A DNA stretch of 64,000 nt, from assembly GCA_964370865.1 (NCBI GenBank), contig CAYJKF010000004.1, positions 22,734-86,733 of the forward strand, in the 5' to 3' direction. The stretch comes from an uncultured Candidatus Saccharibacteria bacterium (lineage in GTDB: Bacteria; Patescibacteriota; WWE3; 2-01-FULL-39-13). The translations under genes were made by a program, and so were the position numbers. Below are positions 40,188 to 47,961 of the stretch, in pieces. Position 1 is the first letter of the stretch. Every line of letters begins with the position of its first letter. The notes under the pieces are model-generated. The model saw only the letters and a program-made list of their open reading frames with translations. It was not told where the DNA came from and made no database searches.

Positions 40188-40225
40188 AAATAGGGTCCGA
40201 ACTTTAAGTAGCGCGGGCCTAATTT
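40188..40225. repeat. REP-like palindromic repeat
   Basis: aaatagggtccgaacttt...gcgcgggcctaattt. Confidence 0.65.
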
Positions 40226-40278
40226 GTACTTGCCGAAGTGGTCTCGCGATAGCGCGCCACATGAATACAAACGAATCA

Positions 40279-40363
40279 GCCGAAGTGGCGGAACTGGCAG
40301 ACGCGCACGACTCAAAATCGTGTTTCGAAAGAAGTGTGGGTTCGACCCCCACCTTCGGCACCA
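40279..40363 (+). tRNA. tRNA-Leu(CAA)
   Basis: GCCGAAG/CTTCGGC acceptor, CACGA-CTCAAAA-TCGTG anticodon arm, long variable arm, TTCGA, CCA. Confidence 0.95.
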
Positions 40364-40370
40364 AGTATTA

Positions 40371-40676
40371 ATGATGTTTAAATACACTTTCTCCTCCACC
40401 ATCTCCCTATTTCCTGGGCCGTCTGATTGGTATTTTATTGATCTTCCAAAAGATATTTCTGATGAGATAAAAGACGTCACCTCAATGAATCGAAGAGGTT
40501 TCGGCGCTGTCAGAGTTGATGTAGAACTTGGAAAATCAAAATGGCAGACATCTATATTCCCCCACTCCAAAAACGGGGTTTATATGTTGCCTTTAAAAAG
40601 ACAGATTCGACAAGAAAATAATTTGGATTACGATGATGCGGTAGAGGTTGAACTAGTCCTCTCGGACTTCCAATAG
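40371..40676 (+). CDS. DUF1905 family protein
   Basis: W.F..LP, RRGFG.VRV, W.TSIFP, Y.LP.K..IR; start moved downstream of the tRNA. Confidence 0.8.
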   Translation: MMFKYTFSSTISLFPGPSDWYFIDLPKDISDEIKDVTSMNRRGFGAVRVDVELGKSKWQTSIFPHSKNGVYMLPLKRQIRQENNLDYDDAVEVELVLSDFQ

Positions 40677-40705
40677 GCTTATTAATCCTCGGTTACAAAA
40701 TCTGA

Positions 40706-41104
40706 CTATTCAGTAGTTTCACCATCAAATTCCCTCTTTTCTAACTCCGCGCTTTCTTTTGTATCTTTTTCAAGCTGATCTAAGTGATGAGGTGGCGAAT
40801 AAATCGTATAAAAACGTAATTCATTGGTCTTAGAAGTATTTATAATGTTATGCTTTGCTCCCGCTGGAACGATTAAAGCATCCCCATCTTTAACCGTATA
40901 TTCAGTACTATCAATAAAACATTTGCCAGTACCTTCCTCAAATCTGAAGAATTGGTCGTTTTCTTTATGAGTTTCAACCCCAATATCTTCACCCGGTTGT
41001 AGACTCATTAGAACCAACTGCATATCTTTAGCGGTATATAGAACTTTTCGAAACTTGCTGTTGGCTAAAGTATCTTTTTCTATGCTTGTATGGAAACCTT
41101 TCAT
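40706..41104 (-). CDS. Cupin domain protein
   Basis: QLVLMSL.PGEDIG.ETH...DQFFRFE, VPAGAKHN, YSPPHH. Confidence 0.9.
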   Translation of the reverse strand: MKGFHTSIEKDTLANSKFRKVLYTAKDMQLVLMSLQPGEDIGVETHKENDQFFRFEEGTGKCFIDSTEYTVKDGDALIVPAGAKHNIINTSKTNELRFYTIYSPPHHLDQLEKDTKESAELEKREFDGETTE

Positions 41105-41182
41105 AACTCCAACTTACCCCAACCAGATTAAAAAGCAATAGAAGGCAAACCGCCTAACCAAATCTTCCGCCCTGGACCGTAG

Positions 41183-41234
41183 AAAGGGATACGACCTTTA
41201 AACGGAGCGGACCCCATTTCAGAGCGGACCTTAT
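41183..41234. repeat. REP-like repeat cluster
   Basis: agggatacgaccttt...gagcggaccccattt-cagagcggacctt. Confidence 0.7.
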
Positions 41235-41252
41235 CTGATATAATCTACTAGC

Positions 41253-41921
41253 ATGAAAATTACAGCACTCGGACATTCATCTTTCAAAATCACTGGCAAA
41301 TCAGACAATGGTGAAAATATAACTGTCATTACAGATCCTTTTGATGCAAAAATGTTGGGCTTTAACTTCCCTACTTCTGAAGCAGATATCGTAAGCATTA
41401 GTCATCAACATCCTGATCATAATTGTCTAGACAAAATTAAAGCTAAAAATGAAAATCTATTTGTAGCTGATACTCCAGGAGAATTTGAGATAAATGACTT
41501 GCGAATATATGGCCACAGAAGTTTTCATGATGATAAAGAAGGAAAAGAACGCGGCTCTAATACAATCTTCACATATGACTTCAAAGAAGCAAGAATTGCA
41601 CATCTTGGCGATCTTGGTCATGAATTAAACAGTAATTTAATCGAAGAATTAGAAAATATCGAAATATTGTTTGTCCCTGTAGGTGAAGGATACACGATGA
41701 ATACTAAAGCGATTATGTCAGTAATTGATGACTTAGAACCCTTAATCGTTATCCCAATGCACTACAAAACAGATAAACACTCCGCAGATTTTAAGGACCT
41801 GCTTACTCTTGAACAATTTTATGAAAAATCAGGCTATAAAGGCGAATCTCAGGACGAGCTAGTCATCAAGGATAAGTCTGATTTACCATCAGGTCTAACC
41901 ATTATTCCTCTAAATTCTTAA
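41253..41921 (+). CDS. MBL-fold metallo-hydrolase (UPF0173-like)
   Basis: GHSSF, TDPF, SHQHPDH, HLGD, IPMHY. Confidence 0.9.
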   Translation: MKITALGHSSFKITGKSDNGENITVITDPFDAKMLGFNFPTSEADIVSISHQHPDHNCLDKIKAKNENLFVADTPGEFEINDLRIYGHRSFHDDKEGKERGSNTIFTYDFKEARIAHLGDLGHELNSNLIEELENIEILFVPVGEGYTMNTKAIMSVIDDLEPLIVIPMHYKTDKHSADFKDLLTLEQFYEKSGYKGESQDELVIKDKSDLPSGLTIIPLNS

Positions 41922-41942
41922 TAGACCTGCTAAATACACAAT

Positions 41943-43328
41943 ATGGCAGACAAAAATACACTAATTGAAAAATCAACAGAGTTCATCAAAGCCGCTACCG
42001 CGGGAGTTAAATTAGAGAGCGGAGAAGAATATTACAAACACTGTGTTCGGGTTAAGGAAATTCTTGAGGGCGCTGGAATTGACGATGAGAATGTTTTATG
42101 TGCCTCCATATTACATGGAGTATTAAAATACCAAACTACTACCAGGGAGGAAATAGCAAAAGAATTTAACGAAGACATCGCCTTTTTAGTTGAGAAATTC
42201 GATGAAATCGCAAAGTTGAATATTCCAGCAGAAATAAATAATCCAGAAGTTATCCACAAATTATTTATACAACTAGCCTCTGATATACGCGTATTACTAA
42301 TTAGATTAGCAGACCGTTTGGATAATATTAGAAACTGTTCGTTTTTTAGTGCTGAAAAACAAGAAGACATCGCTAATAAAGCGATTGGAATTTACGCCCC
42401 TATCTCGAACGCTGTTGGAATATATTTGTTTGTAAGGGAATTTCAAAAACTTGCACTTCGTATCTTAGAACCAGAAGCCTGCAAAAAAATCGAGAAATTC
42501 GTCATAAAAAAGAGGAAAGATCTTGAAACTCCACTTCGCAAGATGCAAGTTGATATACAGGAATTTGTAAATAAAGAAGAAATCGAGGCCCAAACTACGT
42601 ATAGAAATAAAAGTGTCTATTCAATCTATGCAAAAGTAAAAAGAAAATTTGGAGATGATTTTAGTGAACAATCTATTAGTCATCTTGGTGATTTTGTCGG
42701 CATTCGGGTGTTGGTACCTACAGTAGACAATTGTTATCAAATACTCGCCCATCTTCAAAATAAGTGGGAAATGATTAATGAAGAATATGACGATTATATA
42801 ACTAATCCAAAACCAAACGGCTATCAGACTCTACAAACCTCTTTTAAACTAGACGATCATGTTAAATGCGAGGTGCAAATTCGTACATATGAGATGCACG
42901 AAGAAAACGAGTATGGCCCAGCATCTCACTTCAAATATAAGTATGGAGGAAGCAAGAAAAGCGACGCGAAGTGGATAAAAAGTCTAATAGAGATGAAAGA
43001 ATCAATAACAAGCAACCTTGTCTCTGAAAATACCAAAATCGGATTATTTGAAAATACAATCTTTGTTTTTACTCCAAAGAATAAACTTGTAACGCTACCA
43101 AAAGGCTCTACCCCAATCGACTTTGCCTATAGTGTGCACTCGGATATTGGAGATCATTGTTCAGGAGCAAAAATAAACGATCGAATCGCAAAACTAGACA
43201 GTCAATTAAAAAGTGGCGATGTTATTGAGATATTAATAAGTAAAAATCATAAACCATCAAAAGACTGGCTACATTTTGTTAAAACTCGTGAGGCAAGAAA
43301 ACATATCGCAAGTGTGACTAGCAAATAA
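41943..43328 (+). CDS. Short RelA/SpoT homolog (degenerate HD - synthetase - TGS)
   Basis: LADRLDN, R.KS.YSI..K, D.VGIR, PKPNGYQ, EVQIRT, FVFTP...LP.G.TP.DFAY.VH (TGS); no ZFD/ACT domains. Confidence 0.9.
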   Translation: MADKNTLIEKSTEFIKAATAGVKLESGEEYYKHCVRVKEILEGAGIDDENVLCASILHGVLKYQTTTREEIAKEFNEDIAFLVEKFDEIAKLNIPAEINNPEVIHKLFIQLASDIRVLLIRLADRLDNIRNCSFFSAEKQEDIANKAIGIYAPISNAVGIYLFVREFQKLALRILEPEACKKIEKFVIKKRKDLETPLRKMQVDIQEFVNKEEIEAQTTYRNKSVYSIYAKVKRKFGDDFSEQSISHLGDFVGIRVLVPTVDNCYQILAHLQNKWEMINEEYDDYITNPKPNGYQTLQTSFKLDDHVKCEVQIRTYEMHEENEYGPASHFKYKYGGSKKSDAKWIKSLIEMKESITSNLVSENTKIGLFENTIFVFTPKNKLVTLPKGSTPIDFAYSVHSDIGDHCSGAKINDRIAKLDSQLKSGDVIEILISKNHKPSKDWLHFVKTREARKHIASVTSK

Positions 43329-43354
43329 TATTATTTAATTATATTTTTCGACAG

Positions 43355-43383
43355 TTGTATCTCGATGAATAATATCTTAAAAT
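43355..43383 (+). promoter_or_regulatory. Sigma70-type promoter for tRNA-like RNA 1
   Basis: TTGTAT-17 nt-TAAAAT. Confidence 0.55.
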
Positions 43384-43404
43384 TTAGCTCGCATGAAAAT
43401 GCAC

Positions 43405-43479
43405 GAAGCGGAAGCTCAGAATCGGCAGAGCGCTAGGCTAAAAACCTAGAGGTCATGGGTTCAAATCCCATCCGCTTCA
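43405..43479 (+). tRNA. Non-canonical tRNA-like gene, anticodon AAA (Phe-like)
   Basis: All four stems pair perfectly (GAAGCGG/CCGCTTC, GCTC/GAGC, CTAGG/CCTAG, ATGGG/CCCAT); loop CTAAAAA; A8 instead of U8; no encoded CCA. Confidence 0.8.
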
Positions 43480-43481
43480 CA

Positions 43482-43583
43482 TCTGGGGGGAGAAGAAAAA
43501 GAATGCGATTAGCAAAAGAGATTCTCATTGCGAGAAGCTCATTGATAGCTAATCAAACTCTTTTTCACTTTACTCCCCCCAGA
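43482..43583 (+). ncRNA. ~100-nt rod-like hairpin fused to tRNA-like RNA 1
   Basis: tctggggggag/ctccccccaga, gaaaaaga/tctttttc, gattagc/gctaatc, ttctc/gagaa nested stems. Confidence 0.6.
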
Positions 43584-43651
43584 CCAATACCCTTTTTAAA
43601 AATCCTTAAAATTATATTTGGTAATATTTTGTGAAGATAAAAAATGTCCAA

Positions 43652-43707
43652 TAGTGATAAGCGTTGTAATAAGAGTCGAATTGACTCAAATACGTAGCTT
43701 ATCACTA
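43652..43707. other. Long stem-loop (possible terminator of the minus-strand ORFs)
   Basis: tagtgataagc...gcttatcacta 11-bp stem with an inner gagtc/gactc hairpin. Confidence 0.5.
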
Positions 43708-43767
43708 GCAAGGACTTGGTTTTACCCAAGTGCTGGACATAGAATCCTTGCCTTTTTGCCGTTTCCT

Positions 43768-44007
43768 CTAGCAACGTGGTCTTCGAGAGAACTTCATAGT
43801 CTGCCCTTTTGGAGGGTTACCAACAACCTTCATGAGTTTGACCGTTGGATCTGTGACATTCGAGTCTACTGTGACCGCCCCTACCCAATCTAGTATGTAC
43901 TTACCTAACTTTCTATCAAATCTCTCAAAGTATACGTCGTATACCCAAGAGTCTCCACCTATACTTCCGAAGGACTTTGCCCTACTTAAACCGCTTTGCG
44001 CTCCCAT
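43768..44007 (-). CDS. Small hypothetical protein (79 aa)
   Basis: MGAQSGLSRAK...FSRRPRC; strong AAAGGAG Shine-Dalgarno before ATG 44007. Confidence 0.6.
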   Translation of the reverse strand: MGAQSGLSRAKSFGSIGGDSWVYDVYFERFDRKLGKYILDWVGAVTVDSNVTDPTVKLMKVVGNPPKGQTMKFSRRPRC

Positions 44008-44161
44008 ATTACTCTCCTTTTCTACTACAAGAAAAAGTCGCCAGATTGGCAACATAATTTTAACCCATAGCAAATTGTGATGCAATTGCAATAGAGATAG
44101 GTACATAGGATATTTAAATAAAGAAGAATATTTCCGCTAATTATTTTTAACCTATAGTAGA

Positions 44162-44190
44162 TTGCGCGAGGAGTTTTAATATGTTATAGT
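44162..44190 (+). promoter_or_regulatory. Sigma70-type promoter for tRNA-like RNA 2
   Basis: TTGCGC-17 nt-TATAGT with extended -10 TG. Confidence 0.6.
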
Positions 44191-44201
44191 GTTGCGCATA
44201 T

Positions 44202-44274
44202 GTGGTGGTAGCTCAGTAGTAGAGCAACGGATTCTGCAATCCGTAGGTCGATGGTTCAAATCCATCCCACCACG
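44202..44274 (+). tRNA. Non-canonical tRNA-like gene with 8-nt anticodon loop
   Basis: GTGGTGG/CCACCAC, GCTC/GAGC, ACGGA-TTCTGCAA-TCCGT, GATGG-TTCAAAT-CCATC; D-loop lacks GG; no CCA. Confidence 0.78.
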
Positions 44275-44280
44275 CCTTAC

Positions 44281-44356
44281 CGGGGAAGCGTACTAGGGGC
44301 CTTTTTATAGGCATTTTGCAATCTTTTTGATTGCTCAACCCTTTTACACTTCCCCG
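44281..44356 (+). ncRNA. Branched structured RNA fused to tRNA-like RNA 2
   Basis: cggggaag/cttccccg closing stem, inner gcct/aggc and gcaatc/gattgc hairpins, then a T-tract. Confidence 0.55.
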
Positions 44357-44423
44357 TTTTTCTTCTCTGCGTATCAGATGGTAGTATTTCCTTCAATCGA
44401 TATATTTTAGTAGAATATAGTCA

Positions 44424-44529
44424 TGCTAGAGAGGTCAGGGTGAAAGACGCGGGAGAAACCTGCGATGGGGGCCATTTAAAGGTCTTTTCCCATATTTCTT
44501 TCATTTTACCCCCCTATATCTCTCTAGCA
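44424..44529 (+). ncRNA. Putative Y-shaped small RNA, copy A
   Basis: tgctagagag/ctctctagca closing stem, tgaaaga/tctttca, two apical hairpins; paralog of 44662..44754. Confidence 0.6.
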
Positions 44530-44626
44530 GTTTCTTACAATCGCAGCACAAATTTAATTTTCAAAAGTAAAAACCTTCTATGCTTCCAATATTCTTTATC
44601 CTGTAGCACTCCTCCGCCCCATAGTA

Positions 44627-44655
44627 TTCACAACAATAAATTAATATAGTACACT
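44627..44655 (+). promoter_or_regulatory. Promoter for small RNA copy B
   Basis: TTCACA-17 nt-TACACT, 6 nt before the stem starts. Confidence 0.5.
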
Positions 44656-44661
44656 ATTCCC

Positions 44662-44754
44662 GCTAAGAGATAAGTGTAGGAAAGGCCAGGGAAAACCTGC
44701 GTCGGGGGGCCAGGCCTACCCAACCTTTTTTACATGTACCCCTTATCTCTTAGC
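44662..44754 (+). ncRNA. Putative Y-shaped small RNA, copy B
   Basis: gctaagagataag/cttatctcttagc 13-bp stem, tgtaggaaagg/ccttttttaca, cagg-gaaaa-cctg hairpin. Confidence 0.6.
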
Positions 44755-44846
44755 AGTTCTCTATCTACACTTGCCACGCTAACTCAATTTCCTCTATATT
44801 GCCTTCTTCTTCAAATTAAAACTGAAAAGATACTTCGAGGATAATG

Positions 44847-44922
44847 TGGTGGACCTGAGCGGAATCGAACCGCTTACCTTTGCAATGCGAATGCAACGCT
44901 CTACCAAATGAGCTACAGGCCC
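44847..44922 (-). tRNA. tRNA-Ala(CGC)
   Basis: GGGCCTG/CAGGTCC with G3:U70, TTGCA-TTCGCAT-TGCAA, TTCGA, ACCA. Confidence 0.95.
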
Positions 44923-44978
44923 TTAAAATATATTATATCTTGTAATAAGGTCAAAATGTTTCTTTTTATTTGATTATT

Positions 44979-45677
44979 TTATTCTTCTTCACCAACGCAT
45001 GCGACATTTAATGACCTAAAAAGATCCGCAATAGTTTTTTCTTTTAGAGTAAGCTGGCCAAGAGAGTGAGCTCCAGCAACAACTTCTATCATTCGCTTTA
45101 TCCAAATTATCTGCTCAACGCTTTCGAACTGAGCAATAAACTGACTACCTTGAGAACTAATTGCTTTATTCACGCGATTTAGATAATCAACTTCGCTAGA
45201 AAGTACACCAGACGAAGTGCTATCGGTTGATCGATAAATTTTGAAGTCGCGACGCTCAAGACTTAAGCTAGAATGCCAAGAAACCTGCAACCCATTCGGA
45301 TTCTCAGGGCTCTTTATAAGATTAATTTCAAATGCTCCATTATATCCTTTTGATTTATACAACTCGAAAACAGGATTTGTAGGAGATTTGTTGTATAGCG
45401 CATGAGTCCCAAAATAGAAAGTTAAACCATCTTTCCAAAAATGAGTGGGAATTGATGAATCCATAACAAAGGAAAATAGACCATTCAACTCTGGATGTGG
45501 AACTAGCAAGTCTTCTTCATCAAATTGTGGTGACGATCGTTTTTGATCAAGTGGTTCGATAGAAGTACTTCCTAGAGTTAGAGTAGCTGAAACTTGGTCA
45601 GCTGATTCGGTAAAATCAGTTGATTGGTCTGGTATATTATTTATTCCATTTTCCATATACCCTATTAACGTATGCAC
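44979..45677 (-). CDS. Hypothetical protein
   Basis: 232-aa ORF with acidic low-complexity N-terminus; start uncertain. Confidence 0.6.
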   Translation of the reverse strand: MHTLIGYMENGINNIPDQSTDFTESADQVSATLTLGSTSIEPLDQKRSSPQFDEEDLLVPHPELNGLFSFVMDSSIPTHFWKDGLTFYFGTHALYNKSPTNPVFELYKSKGYNGAFEINLIKSPENPNGLQVSWHSSLSLERRDFKIYRSTDSTSSGVLSSEVDYLNRVNKAISSQGSQFIAQFESVEQIIWIKRMIEVVAGAHSLGQLTLKEKTIADLFRSLNVACVGEEE

Positions 45678-45734
45678 ATTGAATTTTATTACAGCAAGTT
45701 TTCATCACAGGTTAGAATCATTGAACCGTATATG

Positions 45735-46763
45735 TTATTTAGCTAGTTCAGATTTGAGGCGATCGACGTAGTCATTTGAGGATGGATTAACCCCATGCAT
45801 TTTTGCCAAATGGTAACTGACAAAACAGCCAATAATAATAAGCTCCCAAATCTCGTTAAATTTAGTTTTTGCACCTAAAGAAATTGAAATATCAGGATAA
45901 TTTTGCTCTTTGGTGACTTGCCTCGTGATTTCCATTCTTTTAGTGTTTTGGGTGTTATAAAGCTTAGATTTTACATAAACAAAGAGCATTTCATCTCTAA
46001 CTCCTTTTGGAAATAATAATCCATCTAAGAAATGATGATTAAGTTCTGGGATTTCCATTTGGAATGAGCGATGTTTGGCAGTTTCATTCATAAAATTACG
46101 CCAAATCCATGAGGCGGCATTTAAATGTTGAGATGTTATAAATACAGGAATCTTATCAAGCATACTTTGAGCCAATTGAATGGACATTTTATCGTTTTTG
46201 TCCAAGACATTGATAAACGACTGAATGTACTCCATCGTAAAGTCAAAATCTTTCTCGTCGTATCTGACTAAACCTAATGACGAAAGCAAACCCAACGTCG
46301 ATCCTAAAATGTACCCAAGCGAGGTTCGTGGTGCTTTTGAGGGATTAAATTTTGTATCAAAAACATAGCCAGAAACGTTATGAGACTCAATTGCTGTTTT
46401 TAATTTGCCTCCTGATGTAATAATGAGCATTTTACAGCCCCTAGATTTAGCCTGTTTTAACACCGAAATCACTTCTTCTGTGGTTCCAGAATAGCTCGTG
46501 AGTAAAACTAGTGTATCTTCATCACAATACGAAGGTAAATCGTACCCATTAACAATTTCAATTGGACAAATTATGGAATCAGATTCAAAAGCCGACTTGA
46601 TAATTCGAGCGCCAAAATTAGAACCACCCATTCCTGCGACTACAATTTCCCTAACCGGACTTAGTTCTTCTGGAAGATTTATTTTTCGAGTATCCTTCCA
46701 AGCTGTAGAAAACTGCTTAGGATAGGCTTTTATGGAATTGAGATATTCTTCATGAAAAGGCAT
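45735..46763 (-). CDS. Bifunctional phosphoglucose/phosphomannose isomerase (SIS)
   Basis: GMGGS, SYSGTTEE, TSGG, APR, NETAK, PELNH. Confidence 0.9.
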   Translation of the reverse strand: MPFHEEYLNSIKAYPKQFSTAWKDTRKINLPEELSPVREIVVAGMGGSNFGARIIKSAFESDSIICPIEIVNGYDLPSYCDEDTLVLLTSYSGTTEEVISVLKQAKSRGCKMLIITSGGKLKTAIESHNVSGYVFDTKFNPSKAPRTSLGYILGSTLGLLSSLGLVRYDEKDFDFTMEYIQSFINVLDKNDKMSIQLAQSMLDKIPVFITSQHLNAASWIWRNFMNETAKHRSFQMEIPELNHHFLDGLLFPKGVRDEMLFVYVKSKLYNTQNTKRMEITRQVTKEQNYPDISISLGAKTKFNEIWELIIIGCFVSYHLAKMHGVNPSSNDYVDRLKSELAK

Positions 46764-46780
46764 TGAATTTATTCTACCAG

Positions 46781-46851
46781 ATGGGGTCCGCTCTTGTCTT
46801 AGGTCCGACCTTTAAATGGGGTCCGCACCGCTTAAAGGTCGGACCCTATTT
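46781..46851. repeat. Tandem REP-like repeats
   Basis: atggggtccgctc...aggtccgaccttt-aaatggggtccgcacc...aaaggtcggaccctattt. Confidence 0.75.
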
Positions 46852-46855
46852 CAAT

Positions 46856-47228
46856 AAGGTGCAGGATTCGTAAGCCAGATTCTGTTTGGTCACTAGCAAA
46901 AGCTAATGACGACTACATAATCTATCTAAGCTCCATCTTCTATCGCAAATCGGCAAGCTACCTAATGGCGATAAGTCGTGGATTGCAACAGGAAGGATTG
47001 ATCGTTCCACCCGATTTCATGCCTTGCGGTTTAGAAATCGATCGTCTCTATATCTCTCCAAATGGGTTGATCCCCACTTGGTGTAGTTAGGTTTCCCTTT
47101 CTACCACTGTATCCGTCCGCGGTAAGGCGGACAAACCGACATGCCTTCGCATGCCTACCCTGCTTTATGTTGTCTGGACTTTCCTCTTCCTCACAAAAGT
47201 GAAGAAGCTATGTAGCGATCCTGCGCCT
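46856..47228 (-). ncRNA. rnpB: RNase P RNA
   Basis: Minus strand has GAGGAAAGTCC near the 5' end and ACAGAATCTGGCTTA near the 3' end; P1 stem aggcgcaggat/atcctgcacct; ~370 nt. Confidence 0.92.
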
Positions 47229-47241
47229 ATATTATAACAAT

Positions 47242-47763
47242 TTAAGCCAACTTCTTATATATAGGACAATTCTTATCGTGAGCTCCAGGTAGGAGTCCAA
47301 CCGACATCAAAAACTCATTAACAATCTCTCCACCTACAAATTTGAAGTTTTGTTTGAATAATTTGACCCATTCTTCTAAAGTGAGTCCACTTTTTTGCTC
47401 AAGCCATTTCTCAAAAGAACCAAATTCCGATTGAATCTCAACAATCCGATTTGCATTTGTAATTGCTGCATTTATTTTTAAACGATTTCGAATAATTCCA
47501 GAATCTTCCAATAAACGTTTGATATCAGATTCACCGTATACCGACACCTTCCTAACATCAAACTGCTCATATGCTTTACGAAAATTTTCCTGCTTCATTA
47601 GGATAGTGTTCCAACTTAGCCCTGCCTGGTTAATCTCCAGGATTAGCCGTCCAAATAGCTCATTGTCATTATGAAGGGGAAAACCATATTGAGTATCGTG
47701 GTATTTTCGGTGCAAATCATCGGAAGGTAAATCAGCAACGTACTCACAATAAGTCATACGCAC
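47242..47763 (-). CDS. tag: DNA-3-methyladenine glycosylase I
   Basis: YHD..YG, LE..QAGLSW, IIRNRLKI.A, FKFVG, H...C. Confidence 0.92.
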   Translation of the reverse strand: MRMTYCEYVADLPSDDLHRKYHDTQYGFPLHNDNELFGRLILEINQAGLSWNTILMKQENFRKAYEQFDVRKVSVYGESDIKRLLEDSGIIRNRLKINAAITNANRIVEIQSEFGSFEKWLEQKSGLTLEEWVKLFKQNFKFVGGEIVNEFLMSVGLLPGAHDKNCPIYKKLA

Positions 47764-47793
47764 ATCTTAACAAATTATGAAGGAGGTCAAACT

Positions 47794-47881
47794 TGGCGGA
47801 GGGGGTGGGATTTGAACCCACGGTCCCTTTCGGAACACCTGTTTTCAAGACAGGCGCACTAGACCACTATGCGACCCCTCC
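47794..47881 (-). tRNA. tRNA-Ser(TGA)
   Basis: GGAGGGG/CCCCTCC, CCTGT-CTTGAAA-ACAGG, long variable arm, GCCA end. Confidence 0.95.
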
Positions 47882-47961
47882 ATTTTTGCTAAGCAACTGG
47901 TATATTTTATCGAGAAAAAGGCTACAGTGATAGTCCCACGTCTGATATACTTTTTTTATTC

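Noticed and set aside
40127-40570. 147-aa and 61-aa ORFs over tRNA-Leu
   Set aside because: Translations of the tRNA antisense strand (WCRRWGSNPH-type text is a typical artefact).
43405-43479. Reading the anticodon as CTA (amber suppressor) or TAA (Leu)
   Set aside because: The 5-bp stem CTAGG/CCTAG fixes a 7-nt loop with AAA at 34-36, and there is no long variable arm.
44202-44274. Ordinary tRNA-Cys(GCA) or tRNA-Ala(TGC)
   Set aside because: The loop is 8 nt; it lacks U73 (Cys) and G3:U70 (Ala).
44432-44455. GGTCAGG..GAAA resembling SRP RNA helix 8
   Set aside because: The AGCAG half and a proper 3-bp stem are missing, and copy B does not conserve the motif.
46781-46851. CRISPR array
   Set aside because: The repeats are inverted, irregular and dispersed, with no constant-length spacers and no cas genes.
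46902-46916. gctaatgacgactac resembling the 3' part of a fluoride riboswitch
   Set aside because: It lies on the antisense strand of an RNase P RNA hairpin and the 5' GGCGATGG element is absent.
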